Shown piece by piece: positions 12,551 to 31,310 of a stretch of DNA of 64,000 nt. A program made the position numbers and the translations under genes. Each line of letters starts with the position of its first letter. Positions within the stretch are counted from its first letter, which is position 1. The notes below the pieces were generated by a model. The model saw nothing but the letters and a program-made list of their open reading frames with translations, did not search any database and was not told where the DNA came from. The DNA lies in the NCBI RefSeq assembly GCF_009914755.1, contig NC_060935.1; one strand, given 5' to 3'. Source of the stretch: the human T2T-CHM13v2.0 reference genome, Homo sapiens.

Positions 12551-15080
12551 TTCAACCGTTGCACACTTTCACCAAAAAACTTCAGTAATAAATTCTGGAA
12601 GCAGCTTTTTCAGAATTCATATAGGCCTTTTTTGTCCATTCAGAAGCGACAGGTGAACTGTTAGTGGGATGACTCAAAGTCCCCTACACTGCAGCTGTCT
12701 TGAGGCTCCAACTGTTATATACTATCCCTCTCCTCTACTATCTAGCTTAGATTCCTGTACCCTTAGCTAGAACTTCATCCTTGGCCACCATAAACTTCTC
12801 AAACTGTGGCTTTTGTATTTGTGCATTGATATGGTAGGCTTTGTGTCCCCACCCAAATCTCATCTTAAATTGAGGTGTCCAGGTGTCCAGGTGTCCAGGG
12901 AAAGACCTGGTGGGAGGTGACTGGATCATGGGGATGGTTCCCCCATGTTGTTTTTATGATAGTGAGTGAGTTCTCATGAGATCTCATGGTTTTATAAGGA
13001 GCTCTTCCGCCTTCACTTTCTTCACTTACTCTTGCCTGCCACCATGTAGGATGTGCCTTTGCTTCTTTGTTGCCTTCTGCCATTATTGTAAGTTTCCCAA
13101 GGCCTCCCCAGCCATGCAGAATAGTGAGTCAATTAAACCTCTTTCGTTTATAAATTAATCAGTCCCAGGTATCTCTTTACAGTAGTGCAAAAATGGACAA
13201 AGACATCCATTTAGCATCAAAACAGGGCAAGAAGTGTCAAGGGATGCCCAGGGATCACCTAACAGTAAGCATATTCTTACTTGGCCACATCAAGTGTCAG
13301 CACTTCTAACTCATTCTGATTATTAAAGTAATTATTTTCTTTGCTTACTGGTATCTTAGAATGACATGATGCCATCTCTAATAGTTTAATAAAATTATGT
13401 CTTTTGGTACAATATTTTTACCTCTAGAATCAGGATCTCTAAACCAACAGTGCCCAGCACAGTGGGAATAAAACACAGGTTCTCAGAGTGGGTAAATGGA
13501 AGCGATGTTTAGTAATGACAACACTGTTTTTTCCTTCATAATAAAAATGTTTTCCTCATATTAAAAAAATTAACACAATGGATATTGATTTAGTTTGCAT
13601 ACTGTGTCCTGGAAGATATGGCCACATTGTCTCACGTATCATCACTTAACTGACACTTCAGATTAGTGTAATTTCATTACTTTGTCAGACTAGCAGCAGT
13701 TTCAGAAAGAACAAAAGGATTACGTTGTTAGGGTCCTACCTTCTCCTATTTTCCCAACGCCAGGTCATAAATTAGGAATAATTTGCAGCATAAACAGATG
13801 GTGAGGTGTTGGGTCTGATAAGAGAAGAAAAGGACTATACCCTAAAGAAGTTACGAGAATAAGATAGAATCTACCAGCAAGATATGACAAAGTAAGCATG
13901 ATACATTGAGCTTGCTTAGTCCAAGAGGTTAGAAAATGAAATTATATAGGAAAGAGTATATGACTTGTGAGTCCTGTCACAAAATATAGAATTTAATATC
14001 CAGCTAAAACCTTCAGACATGAAACAAACATTTTGTGGAAATTGCTCCCAGAAGCATGTAGAAAGGGGCATCCATAGGAGCAAAATAATGGGCAGCAACA
14101 ACAGTGATACTTGGCTTGCATCCACACAGGAAATCAAAGATGGATAACCATGAAGCTGAGAGCAGTTGCTTCACAGAGAATTTGCGAGCCCTTGCCAAGA
14201 TTCCAGATCTGAATTCGTTCAGACTGCAAACCAATGATTGAATAAATCCCCAGGTTGGTTATTTTAACACCATTATACACATTATACTGATTTCCCTGGT
14301 CCTCCAAAGGGATTGACAGTCACTTGTTTGAGTAACTACACTGGTGAAAAATGAACATCGTGTCATTTTTAGGACTGTTGGATGCAGGATCTGAATTGGC
14401 ACTGATACCTCTAATGTATAATTGAGACTGATGTATTTGGTAGTGGCTCAATCCTTAGTTTAATGAGTCAGAGCTTTTATAGTGAGAAAGACCAAACAGA
14501 GTTCTATGAAATTGCCTCCAAATGTCTGGGGCTAATAAGTTAATTCCAAAACAAATACCATACCCCAGGGTGGCTGATGAAACTTAGCATCACAGTCCCT
14601 AACTTATCTCCTTTTAATGCACTTGTGTGGTCTCTGCAGACTCCAGCTATACCTTGGAAAATGACTGTAGACTGCTGGAAGTTCAACCAACTAGTAGTTA
14701 CAACCACTGGACAGATTTCTTAGATTCATTAGCCTTAGGTACATGACAGGCATTCATTTGATAAATACTTTTATTCTATCCCACGCAGAAAACAATAATT
14801 TAAAAAATCAGAAATAATTCATGTTTATATGGAACAGAGAGCAATTCACATTTACAGTTTTGCCCCGGTGTTATGTTAATTCTCATACCCTCTGTCATGA
14901 TATAGACTTAATGTATTAAGAGTTCAATATTTGTGAAAGGGAAGGGGAAAAAGCAGAATTTCACAGAAAGAAAAGTAAAAGTATAATACAGGACTGATAA
15001 AACTTTGGCCAATCCAGGCTAAAGCTGTGGACTGAGTATTGCCCAGTAGAATAATCCCCAGAGAGGATTATTCCAGCTCC
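12551..15080. mobile_element. Degraded ERVL internal fragments and an LTR16-like remnant
   Basis: Pol-like remnants (ggaaaatgactgtagactg, acatttacagttttgcccc.gtgttatgttaattctc); a second LTR16-like piece at about 14925-15070. Confidence 0.45.
12827..13205 (+). mobile_element. MaLR solo LTR (THE1D/MSTA-like)
   Basis: tgatatgg..tgtgtccccacccaaatctcatct..gtgagtcaattaaacctcttt..aca; flanks tgcat / tccat. Confidence 0.85.
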
Positions 15081-16190
15081 ATTACCTGGCTTTTTTGCAT
15101 GTTTTATGACAGTTTTTCTTTTTCCTGAGTATCAGGGTCAGTTACCCTTGAAAATATGAGTAGTCCTCTTCCGGCCATTTGGTTTCTGAGTATAAAGACA
15201 CCAAAGTTTCCAGATGATAGCTGTAGTTTATTTATGGAAAAAGTGTACCTCCTTTCGAAACCAGTGAATTTAACATGACAAGAGTCCACAGTTGTGAGGG
15301 CAGAAGACACCACATCTTCCATGACCCATGTATGTTTTCTTTTGGGGTAACATTACATGAAGGTCTTTTATACAATGTATATATTGAACACTTGGCTGCA
15401 AGCAAAGAACAAAATATAGGGATGGAAAACAAAATAAAACATAAAATATGAAAAAATTTAAATTTAAGGAGATTACTAAGACAAGATAATGCAAAAGGAA
15501 AAGTAAACTAATGAAAAACCCAACGAAATAGTGAAAGCTGTGCAAATAAAATGGATATGCAAAAATTCTGTGCTATTTATATTCCCATAGTCATAGAATT
15601 ATACATGTTATTTCTTGAAAATATGAAGAAATTATTTGAAGAAAAATATGAAAGATTACTTTGTGGTGACAAAATAATATAAACAATTTTTAAGTAAAAA
15701 TATAGTTCATTGAAGGAAGTATTTGTGGACATTAATATCCTCATTTTCCTAAGTGAAGGGTGAAGAAATATTATTTGTATCTGTTTTAATGAGAAGTACA
15801 ATGATAATATTGTTTAGAAGCTTAGCATACACAATGAAGAAAATAAAATCATAACATAAACATATTAAGAAGGACAGGACTTAAGGGGCTTTCAGTTAAG
15901 GTGAATTCTTATTTATATGACAATAGATATTATCTAAAACTGCAAATCAATAAATAACAATATAAACATATTAGTTAAGTAGCTGAATGTTATTACTGGA
16001 AAAACTTATAAAAGAAGAAATTTAAACAACTCAAAATTGCTTCCTTTAGAGAGTGTACTGAAGATGGCAAAGGAGAGTCAAGGAACTGTTGTTTCTTTTC
16101 TCACATTTTTGTACTGTTTGATTTTTAAAAATATAAGCATGTATAATTTTTATAAAACATATAGGTGTGTTTGTGTGCATACCTGTGTGT

Positions 16191-17378
16191 ATGTCATACA
16201 ACGCTTAATGATAGAGATACTCATTCTGAGAAATGCATTGTCATGAGAACATCGTAGAGTGTATTTACACAAACCGAGATGGCATAGCTAAAGTATATGC
16301 TATAGCCTATTGTTCCTAGGTTACAAACCCATGCAGCATGCTATTGTACTAAATACTATAGACAATTGTAACACAATAGTAAATATCTGTATATCCAAAC
16401 ATAAATAATGTATGGTAAAAACACAACATAAAAGATTAAAAATGCTACACTTTGGTAGGGCACTTACTATAAAAGGAGCATGTGGGCCTAGAGGTTGCTC
16501 TGGGTGAGTCAGGGAGTGATTGGTGAGTGAATGTACACTACTGTACACTTAGGCTACCCTAAATTTAGCTTAAAACTTTCTTATTTAATAATAAATTAAC
16601 CTATCTTCTTATAACTTTTTTATTTACAAACTTCAATTTTTTAAACTTTTGAATCTTTTGTAACAGCACTTAGCTTAAACACAACCACATTGTATAACTG
16701 TAAAAAATTTTTTCTTTATATCCTTATTCTATAAGCTTTTTATACTTTTAAGTTTTTTTCTTTTTTTTCTTTTTTAAACTTTTTGTTAGAAACTAATACA
16801 TAAACACTACATTGCCTAGGCCTACACAGGCTCAGGATCATCAATATCATTGTCTTACACCTCCATATCTTGTCCCACTGGAAGGTCTTCAGGGTGCATG
16901 GAGTTGTCATCTCCTATAACAACAATTCCTTCTTCTGAAATACCTCCTGACTGACCTGCCTGAAGTTGTTTTGCAGTTAACTTTACATATATATGTATGT
17001 ATGTATATATATATATACACACAATATACATACATACATATATACAATATACATACACATATAAACATATACATATATATTGAGTACACTCTGAATGATA
17101 AAATTTTAGTGTAGTAAATACATACACCAATAACAGTTGTTTATTATCTTTATCAGGAATTATATACTGTATATAATTGTATGTGCTATACTTCTGTAGG
17201 ATTGGTGGTGAAGTCAGTTTCTTTATATCAGCATTATCAGAAATGCAATGTGTTATGACGTTACGACAGCTACAATGTCACTACATGATAGGAATTTCCA
17301 GCTTCATTACAATCTTATGGGAGCACCATGCTAATGTGGTCCATTATTGAATAACACTGTTATGTGGCACATGACTAT
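16191..17378 (+). mobile_element. Tigger3/MER7 DNA transposon with an internal (TA/CA) microsatellite at about 16985-17080
   Basis: gtcat..cgcttaatga..ttctgagaaatgcattgt..tagagtgtatttacacaaacc at the start; gttatgtggcacatgacta at the end. Confidence 0.85.
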
Positions 17379-17449
17379 ACATGTTTACGTCTGCCTGTAT
17401 GAAAGTTAAAAATTGCAGGCTCTGGCAATTGTAAAGTCTCTAAATTTCG

Positions 17450-17570
17450 ACAAATTACTCAACTCCCTGAGTCTTAATTCCCTAATTTGTAAAATAAAAG
17501 TTGTTCATGTAATTAAATGACATAATTCATACAAATAGCACTTAACAATCAGTAAAAGTTGGTTACTCTT
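17450..17570 (+). mobile_element. MIR fragment
   Basis: caaattactcaactccctgagtcttaattccctaatttgtaaaat core. Confidence 0.55.
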
Positions 17571-18714
17571 ATAATTACTATTTTGATAAGTAGTATACTT
17601 ATCTGAATAAACACCAGTATAAATACATATTTACAAGAGGTAAAGGGTATAAAATATTTACATGACTTTTAAATCCCTACGGGATCCATTTCTTACTTCA
17701 CTCTCTGTTCTTATCTGTATGAAAGAGGTTTGCTCAGGCAAAACCTATACTCTAATCAAAAGAAATGACCTGAGGTTCTAGGCTTTTTCCCAGCGTTCCT
17801 ACAACATTGTTGAAATGTGTAAGGTCCAGGTTACATCACCTCCTCTATTTACCTCCTCATAGAAATCCATGTGGGTTAAGATCTCACTCCAATTAGCCAC
17901 TAGCAAAGCTTGTATAGGTTTTTATTCTGAGGCTTATTACTGTCTCACAATTCTATGTTTATTTAATAGACCATTCTATGAGACGGTAAACTAACTTAAA
18001 GCAGGCTTTGTGTCTTAATAGCCTTTGCACACCAGTAATATGCCATTCTCTCAGTTGAATAAATAAATTGCAAATGCAAAATAGTTTCAGGAGAGAAAAT
18101 ATACACTTTCTATGATGATCACTAAATGACTGTGTGGTTCTGTGCTGTACTGGGGCATCGATGGCTCCTTGCAGCCTGCCCAGCCCCATGGTTCTTATCT
18201 CATTACCCTCTATGCTCTCTATTGGTAATCCTTCTCTTAGCATTAGCTCAAACTATGGTATTGCGGTGAAAGCATTTGTTCTCTGTCAAAATGAATTAGA
18301 TATTGAATCTTCTCCAGAAGAGCTGCCAGTGTCATGACAATGGCATCAATTTTCCAATGCCCCACAAACTCTCCCTGCACCCACTCTTTACCTGAGTAAC
18401 AGAAAAAGTGGCCGTGCAGTCTGATATCTTCAAAATTACGTTTTCTCATTTCTTCCAGAAGGAGATGGGAAACAATTCAAAATCTGCTAGGAGAGGTCCT
18501 AGGCACAGGCCAGATGTTTATACCCAGCAGATCAAATACTATAGCCATAATGAGAAAGATGAAAGCATAGATGGGGGTGAGAGGAGAGATAGGGGCCTGT
18601 TTCCATAGTTCTGATTTTAAAAATAATATATAAAATCTGGTATCCATTATTAAAACTTTCTGGTTAAATTCACAGGTCTTTTGTTCCTTACATTGCCAAT
18701 ATCTTCTGCCTCAT

Positions 18715-18878
18715 AACTACTTAAAAAGTTTGATTTTGGATCAGCAGCATTGGCATCACCTAGGATCTTGTTAGAAATTTAGAATATTAGGCTTATTCAA
18801 GACCTGTTGAATTAGAATCTGCATTTTTATTAATATCCACAGGCGATTCTATGCATATTACATTTTGAGAAACACTGT
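18715..18878. mobile_element. MER5 (hAT-Charlie MITE)
   Basis: cagcagcattggcatcacctagga.cttgttagaaat..gaatctgcattttt..tttgagaaacactg. Confidence 0.75.
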
Positions 18879-19234
18879 TGTGCTTTCAACACATTACTTC
18901 CCTTATCAGCAGCTGAATCGTTAATAAGTCACTCATTTGCTTTCTTAGTTAAGCTGGCTCTCAGCAGTCAGCACTCATGTATTTGAGTGCTGGGTCAGGC
19001 TTACAGATGGCTGCTCATCTGTGCCGGCCCTATCGGATTGCATGGGGCATACTGGGAGTTCCAGGAGCAGCATTAGAGAGGTGCGTGTCAAGATGAAAGA
19101 CGGGGCAGTCTCATCAAAAGTGGCAATCCAGGCCAGTGATCAAAGATTCTGCCTTCAGAATAAAATACTCTTTATTTATAACTTCTATACATAACTTTGA
19201 GCATTGTGACCCCCCAAAATGACAATTAAATGAC

Positions 19235-19352
19235 CTCAAAGCCTCATTTCCTTAACTATAAGATGAATACTATAAAACACCTACTTCACAGGTAGTTGTG
19301 TTGATGAAGAAAGTGCATTCTTGGCACAGCGTATGCGCTCAATAAGTTGTTA
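19235..19352 (+). mobile_element. MIR fragment
   Basis: gcctcatttcctta.ctataagatg..cctacttcacagg..ggcacag..gctcaataa. Confidence 0.6.
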
Positions 19353-20639
19353 TAATGATCACTTGTCCTGTGTTGAGCGATCTGAATTATACGCTCGTAT
19401 GTATCAATAGTTTGTTAAGTATTCACTCACTTCTGATTTCATTACCAGCTATGAGATTTTTTTTACTGAACACTTTTATTAATTTAATGAATAATGGGTT
19501 CCTTCCAAGTTCCAAAGTCTGTGCTACAGATATTAATGCAACTTGACGTCGCTGTCATTAATGAGCCTACAGTGTCATTTATGGGCCTGGAAAATATGAG
19601 GGCTTCTTTATATTTCATTTTTTTCAATTTGTTAGTAAATTTGTCAATTGACAAATATAAATTGTGTATAGTTATTGTGTACAACAGAATATTTTGAAAT
19701 TTCAGGAGGGTTTCATTTATTAACATTTCTGCAACAGAATTTCAAGAATACATCAGAGTGATTGAGGAACCATGCTCTATGGGGGTTCTCTGGTCACCTT
19801 CTTTCAATGGGATAGAGAGATTTAACCTGATTTTTAACCATCCTAGAGAAGTCTATGTTCAGAACACCGGAGAAAGTGTGAGAGACTTAGAGGATTTTTT
19901 TTTATTTTTGCTTCTTTCAAAACTACTATAGATTTTGAATAAGTTTTAGTCATTTTCACCTTGTTTCTTTCATTGTGATTCCACTGAGCTTAGGTTTTTG
20001 AATGTATTCAGGCCATAGAAACATCAAAGATATGTCGATGATATTATTGATGGAGATCTGCCAGCAGTGATAAGCAGCATGCCTCATTTAATACATAATC
20101 TGACTTAAAACTTAGTCAGATATAGATGTAAATATCAATATTTTATCATTTCCATGGAAAGAGTTTTATATTCCCCAAACCCTAGTTTATTAATCTTTGA
20201 AATGAGAATATAATAAGGTCTATATCACCATGAGATTTTAGTGAACAAACTCATAATTTACAAAGTTGATAGAGGTTATCAGGAATAACAATCTCTATAC
20301 CATATTTGTCTAACAACAAACATCATTGTTTCCATAGGCAGTCTTAAATCCATCTTGCCTTTTTCAGATTAACCATATTCTCTTTTCCAAGTATATCACA
20401 TATATCTTATTTTATTAATTCCTCTGGTTGACATTCCATTATTTACCCATGTCTTTAGCACATAACGTTCTTCTTTTAGAACATTAACTGGGATATAGCA
20501 CTCGCATTACAATATCATCCACAAAATGATTATTTATATGCTCATTTGACCACATACATTACCATTTATATTACAGTTCTATATTCCTCATGGTGAAATG
20601 GGTGCCGCTTTTGGTACCTTATTAATCTATATTTTTATT

Positions 20640-21050
20640 TTCTTAATTCATTGAAATTGTATTTATTTTTGTAGAGGTTTAATGGTATGATATATGAATC
20701 TTAAGTGTACAGCTTAGTGAGTTTCAAAAAGTGAATATATTTGTATTACCCAGATATCAGTCAAGAAATAGACATTTCATTCCTGGATAAATTTCTATTG
20801 TGCTCCTTTACCAACAATCCCCTCCATGACAGAGGCAACCACTATACTCATTGCTTTCTGCAAAATTAGCTTTCCTTGTTCTTGAGCCTCAAATAGGATT
20901 ACCATTTGGTTTCCCATGTCTTTAATTCAACATGTTTTTAATGTTGTCTATTCTGTTGCCTGCTGCTGTTGAGTAGTAACCATCTATCTATCTCTCATCT
21001 ATCTGTTGACCTCCCTCCACATATATATCATGTTGTTTAATCCTGTTGAT
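20640..21050 (-). mobile_element. Old L1M 3' fragment
   Basis: atcttaagtgtacagcttagtgagttt..agaggcaaccact motifs. Confidence 0.55.
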
Positions 21051-21274
21051 GAAGTATTTCGTTAATAGATTTGAAGCGAATTTTCTCTATTCATTAATAG
21101 TGTGACTTTGGCATGTTCTTTCACCTCTTTGAGTCTCATTTTTTTTAACCTATAAAATTTTTATACTATATTTTAATCTATACCAAAGGTTTAAAACACA
21201 GAATTGCCTTATAATAAGCCCTCAATAATTGTGTATTTTTAACAAATTCTTTCATTATCTTCCATTTTAATTCT

Positions 21275-21772
<498 letters not shown>

Positions 21773-21799
21773 TGAACAGCTTTTAAGTAGCAGAGTTAG

Positions 21800-22654
<855 letters not shown>

Positions 22655-22947
22655 AGGTCTTGGAGATTTTCATACTCTGATCTGGATCTTTATTACAGCA
22701 GACATTATTTATTTCCCTTGATTTTATTCTTTTTTCTCTTTTTAGCTTCTGGAGCAAGATTGAATGTCTCTGACTGGTAATTATTCTATAGATAAAGCTG
22801 TAATGAGTTTCGACACACCTCCTGTTTCTTGTTTTCCCCCCTATTTTAAAAAATGATGCCCCCTATATTCTGAGACTGACCTGTATTTCCTTAACCAGGC
22901 CTGTGGCCCGGGATGCTGAGGACCATCAGGTGTGAACTGAGCTTAAA

Positions 22948-23090
22948 AATAAATTCCATGGCTGCTTTTGTCACCCTTGCATGCTGGTCACTCTGCCCTC
23001 AGCAGGTATGGATGATGACGCCACTCACAGATTCAAAGAAAGGGCAAACTGGCAGAGTGAGTCATTGGATGTTGCTGGCACAGCTATAAA
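22948..23090 (+). promoter_or_regulatory. MMP26: MMP26 proximal promoter
   Basis: AATAAA 22948-22953; imperfect ERE GGTCActcTGCCC 22986-22998; TCF/LEF TTCAAAG 23032-23038; AP-1 TGAGTCA 23058-23064; TATAAA 23085-23090. AP-1 plus TATA is the canonical MMP promoter layout. Confidence 0.85.
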
Positions 23091-23149
23091 GATCCAGTGG
23101 CCCAAGTTGTGTACCTGAATTCAAGCAGTGGGACAAATGAGGGTTTGGC

Positions 23150-27181
<4,032 letters not shown>

Positions 27182-27344
27182 TGTTAGCACAGAGGACTTA
27201 TTCAACCTGTCCTTTCAGGGAGTTTATTGGAGGATCAAAGAACTGAAAGCACTAGAGCAGCCTTGGGGACTGCTAGGATGAAGCCCTAAAGAATGCAACC
27301 TAGTCAGGTTAGCTGAACCGACACTCAAAACGCTACTGAGTCAC

Positions 27345-27350
27345 AATAAA
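27345..27350 (+). terminator. MMP26: MMP26 polyadenylation signal
   Basis: AATAAA 164 nt after the stop, followed by U-rich sequence. Confidence 0.8.
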
Positions 27351-27769
27351 GATTGTTTTAAAGAGTAATATTTTGTCCTCATAATTTGATATGTCTCAGC
27401 ATTTGCTATGTTCAACCACTGTGATCAGAACAAGAAAGAAGTGTACACAACAGTGGAGAACTCTGGCAGAGATGGCCACGGGACTGCAAGAAAAGAAAGC
27501 ATAAGATTAGGAATAGACCTTTGCATTTTCCTACACAGGTAGAGTTTAAGGAATGTTATTTTCTATGCTGTATTGAATATGCCAGTTATGGAGACCAATT
27601 GGTTTAATGGCTTATCTAGTTATTAGCTATGAAACTTTGGTTAAGTCAAGTAACTTAAACAAAGTTAAGTTCAGGGCAGCTGAATCAACACTCAATTCCT
27701 AACAAGTCCTTTGCATCTCAAACTCTCCCTTTGTATTTGCTTCTGGAGAACCTAACCTCTGAAGTTGAC

Positions 27770-29275
27770 TATTTGAAAAGCCAATGAAACTGTCAATCTA
27801 CTGTGACACTAGTAGTATAAAAAAGAAAATGCATATCAAAACAACATGAGTAATGAGAAAAGCAGATACCGTGTGACTACTGCAGATCTTGAAAAATTAT
27901 GAAAGTACTTAAGAATAACTTATAACCAATAAATATCAAAATGTATATCCAAACTATGTATTCCTAGATAAATACAATTTATAAAAATTGGTAAAAGAAT
28001 AAATAGAAGATCTAAATGGTCCTATAAATGTTGGATAATGTAATCCTTAATTACATCTCTCCACAACTAGTTTTAAAACTGACAAAGAGAAAACCTGAAT
28101 TGTCCGTAAGGATTAACTAGAAAGCCTATAATTAAAACTACCCTGGGATGGCCATTTAATTAAAAAACAACATACCAGCATATGCAAAATCTTCCCGGGG
28201 AGAAGAGAAAGAATATTTCTTCAGGTATTTTAGAGCTTTGTGTAATCTCAATCTCATAACAAAACATGACAAAGACATTACAGTAAGGAAAATTTCAGGC
28301 CGTGCTTACTGATGAACATCGATGTCAAAATTCTAAACGAAATATTTGCAAACCAAATCTGGCAATAAATAAAGAAAAGAAAATGGCATTCCAAACTTGA
28401 GTTTATTCCAGAAAGACAAGTTGATATTTGAAAATCAATCAATATAATTAATCACATTAACATGATATTAAAGAAAAATAATATGTATCATAAAAGCATG
28501 AATTTCAATAAACCCAAAATAATTTTATGAAATTCAGCATCTATTTTTGACAAAATCCCTTATCACATGAACAATAGAAGATGACAACATTCTCGGATAA
28601 AAGCAGGTACAAAAAATCTTAGCAAACATACTTAATGGTAAAATGTTGTTAACCACACCTGTGATATCTGCAAAAAGAAAAGAAAACAATTTTTATCCCT
28701 TCTCCCCAAAATGCACTGGAGATCTTATCCAATGCAACAAAGCAATAAATATAGAAAACGATAATGAAGATTTTAAATAAGAGAAAAAGAAGCTGACATT
28801 ACTTGTGGAGGTGTGATTTGGTGCAAAATAAGGCCTTAGAGAATACAGATCACTTATTAAAAATAAAAAATAAGTTCAGCTTTTCTGAAAAAAGAAAAAT
28901 TAACTTTATTTTTATGTAACAGTCCCAAATATTTAGAAAAAATTAATCATGCTACTTACGTTAGCACAATTGAATGCCAAATATGTGAGAATAAACCTAG
29001 TGTAAAATATGTAATCTCCAAACAGACAAGTATAAAATAATATTGAGAAAAAATAAAGACCTTAATTAATTGAAGTTCCTGTTCTTGGATTAGTTATCTT
29101 ACATTCTAAACATGTAAATTCTCCCCAAATCGATCTACAGATTCAATACATTCTCAATAGTAGTCTCAATGTATATCTTGGTAGAAATGGATAACCTGTT
29201 TCTAAAATTTATTAATAAATGCAAAGAGGTAGGATAGCCAATATGCAAAGAAAAAAAATGTGTTGGGAGATGATG
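27770..29275 (+). mobile_element. Old L1M ORF2 remnant
   Basis: A-rich strand with gatgaacatcgatgtcaaaattctaaac, aaatcaatcaatataattaatcacattaac, ctacagattcaat. Confidence 0.7.
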
Positions 29276-30869
29276 CTTCGTACCAAGCACTGAGGAAGCA
29301 GCAATGAACTGGATAGTAGCGTTTGCCTTTAAAGTGCTTAGTGTGCCTTCTTGAACCCTGTTGCTTAATAAATGCTTATGAAGCACATGACTAATAAATA
29401 ACTCTGTTTAGTGAAATGTGGTAAACATCTTATAATGGAAAGACTTATCATTGCACTTTCTCATCATTGTTCTGTACAATGCCCCTAGTTAAAGCCGAAA
29501 TTTCAGTATTCTTCTGGATCACAGTAGTTATCATAAATTTACTTTCTTACACTCATTTGAGAAAACTATTAGAGAACTAAGAATGGTGGATGAAAACAGG
29601 GATGCATTTCTACTATTTTCAGTATTATGATCATATGCTCTTGCCATACCTGTGGTTAAGGGCTTTTTATGGCCATTTCATCTCTGGGGATCCAACAGTC
29701 TCTGACACCAATCCCTAATTTTCTTTGCCAGGAGACACCAGGAGTATTTATAGAGATGGTGGAAGCCTTCAAGCCTCACCACTCACAGAGTCGAAGGTTT
29801 TCAAAACCTGAGGTTCATAGAGACTTAAAATTGTAGCATCTTTAATCAGTACAGGTTTGATTTTCAGGTAGAGATGGGAAGTTTTCTCAGGTGAGAGATA
29901 AGCCCGTAAGAGCAGCAACTTAAACCACAGACACACAAAGAGAAATTAGAAGAAAGAAACAGCCAATCAAAGGGACCGGAAAAAATAGAGGATTACATGC
30001 TGAAAAGACACAAACTTAGATAAAAACAAAATATAAAAAAATGGCAGCAGGAAGGAGGCTAGAAAAGATAGTAAAGATAATTTGACACATAAAATGAGAT
30101 AAAGAGAGAAAAAGCCACAGACATAGGAACAGAAAGAAAATATGACTTTAACTATAGTGAAGAAAAGTTTAGTCAGAGAAAGACAAAATGGAACTGTGGA
30201 TCATTTGAGAAATGGGCTACTGATTGCAAATTAACTAGGCATATTGATTCAATTGCCTTATATTTAAATTTCAGGTAAGTGTGAATTTTTAAATTATAAA
30301 TAGTTGGTAGATTTTAGCACATTTTGTATGTGGATATAGTTTGCTAAAGAGAGTAAAATTATGAGAAAGATGATGTACCATTTATGCAAAAGGAAAAAGA
30401 ATTATTCTCATCTGTGAAAAAAATTAAATTTATTACAGTATTGTAATGTCTTGTTCCAATTATTTTCAGCGATTTTAAGATAAGCGATAAGCTGATTAGC
30501 AGAGAATAGGTTTTGATACTAGAGAGGCTGTAAAAAAATGGTCTTATGTTCAGTAGTTCTCCCTTAATTACCTGGAATAGGTGAATGTGTGACATAAGCC
30601 TATTCATGCCTCTGCCCTTTGAAACAGTCTTGTTATTACTCCCAGTTCTTTTCTATTATTTCTCTTTCGACCTCAGTGTGATTAAGTTGTACTAAAATCA
30701 ACAAAGAACCACAAAGAATCATTGTCAGTGACCCAGAAATAGAGTCAAAAGAAAATGAATAGAGAAAAGACAATAAATGGATTTTAAAAAGTGAAAGACA
30801 TGACAGATATGGCAGTGAGAGGATAAGAAAGGGAAAGTACACACAGAAATAGAAACGGGAAAGGGGCTT

Positions 30870-31310
30870 AGGGGGCCCGGGTAGTGGAGGAAATGCGGAA
30901 AAGTAGCTCAAAGCATACAAACTTGCAGTTATGTAGGAAGAATAAGTCTAGAGATCTAATATACAGCATGACCACAGTTCATAATATTGTAGAATGGGAA
31001 CTCTTTTCAGGTGAGGGATAAATCAATGAGATAAAGCAGTGAGTTAATAATATTGTAGAAATGGGGACTCTTTTTAAGTGAGGGATAAACCAATATGAGC
31101 AAGAATTAAAACCACAGAAATTGTATACCGAAAATTTGCCAAGAGAGTAGAGCTTAGGTGTTCTTAGCATACACATGCACGTGTGTGCATGCACACACAC
31201 ACACACAGGCACATAGTAATGACCATTTCACTATGTATATGTCTATGTATATGCATATATATATATAAACATCATTCTGTATACCTTAAATATACACAGT
31301 TAAAAATTAA
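30870..31310 (+). mobile_element. L1MA 3' end
   Basis: caaagcatacaaacttgcagttatgtagga.gaataagtctagagatctaatatacagcatg..tgtataccttaaatatacac. Confidence 0.75.

Noticed and set aside
18285-18300. HFDREQ resembling MMP26 HFDKNE
   Set aside because: A three-residue match with no flanking catalytic-domain similarity.
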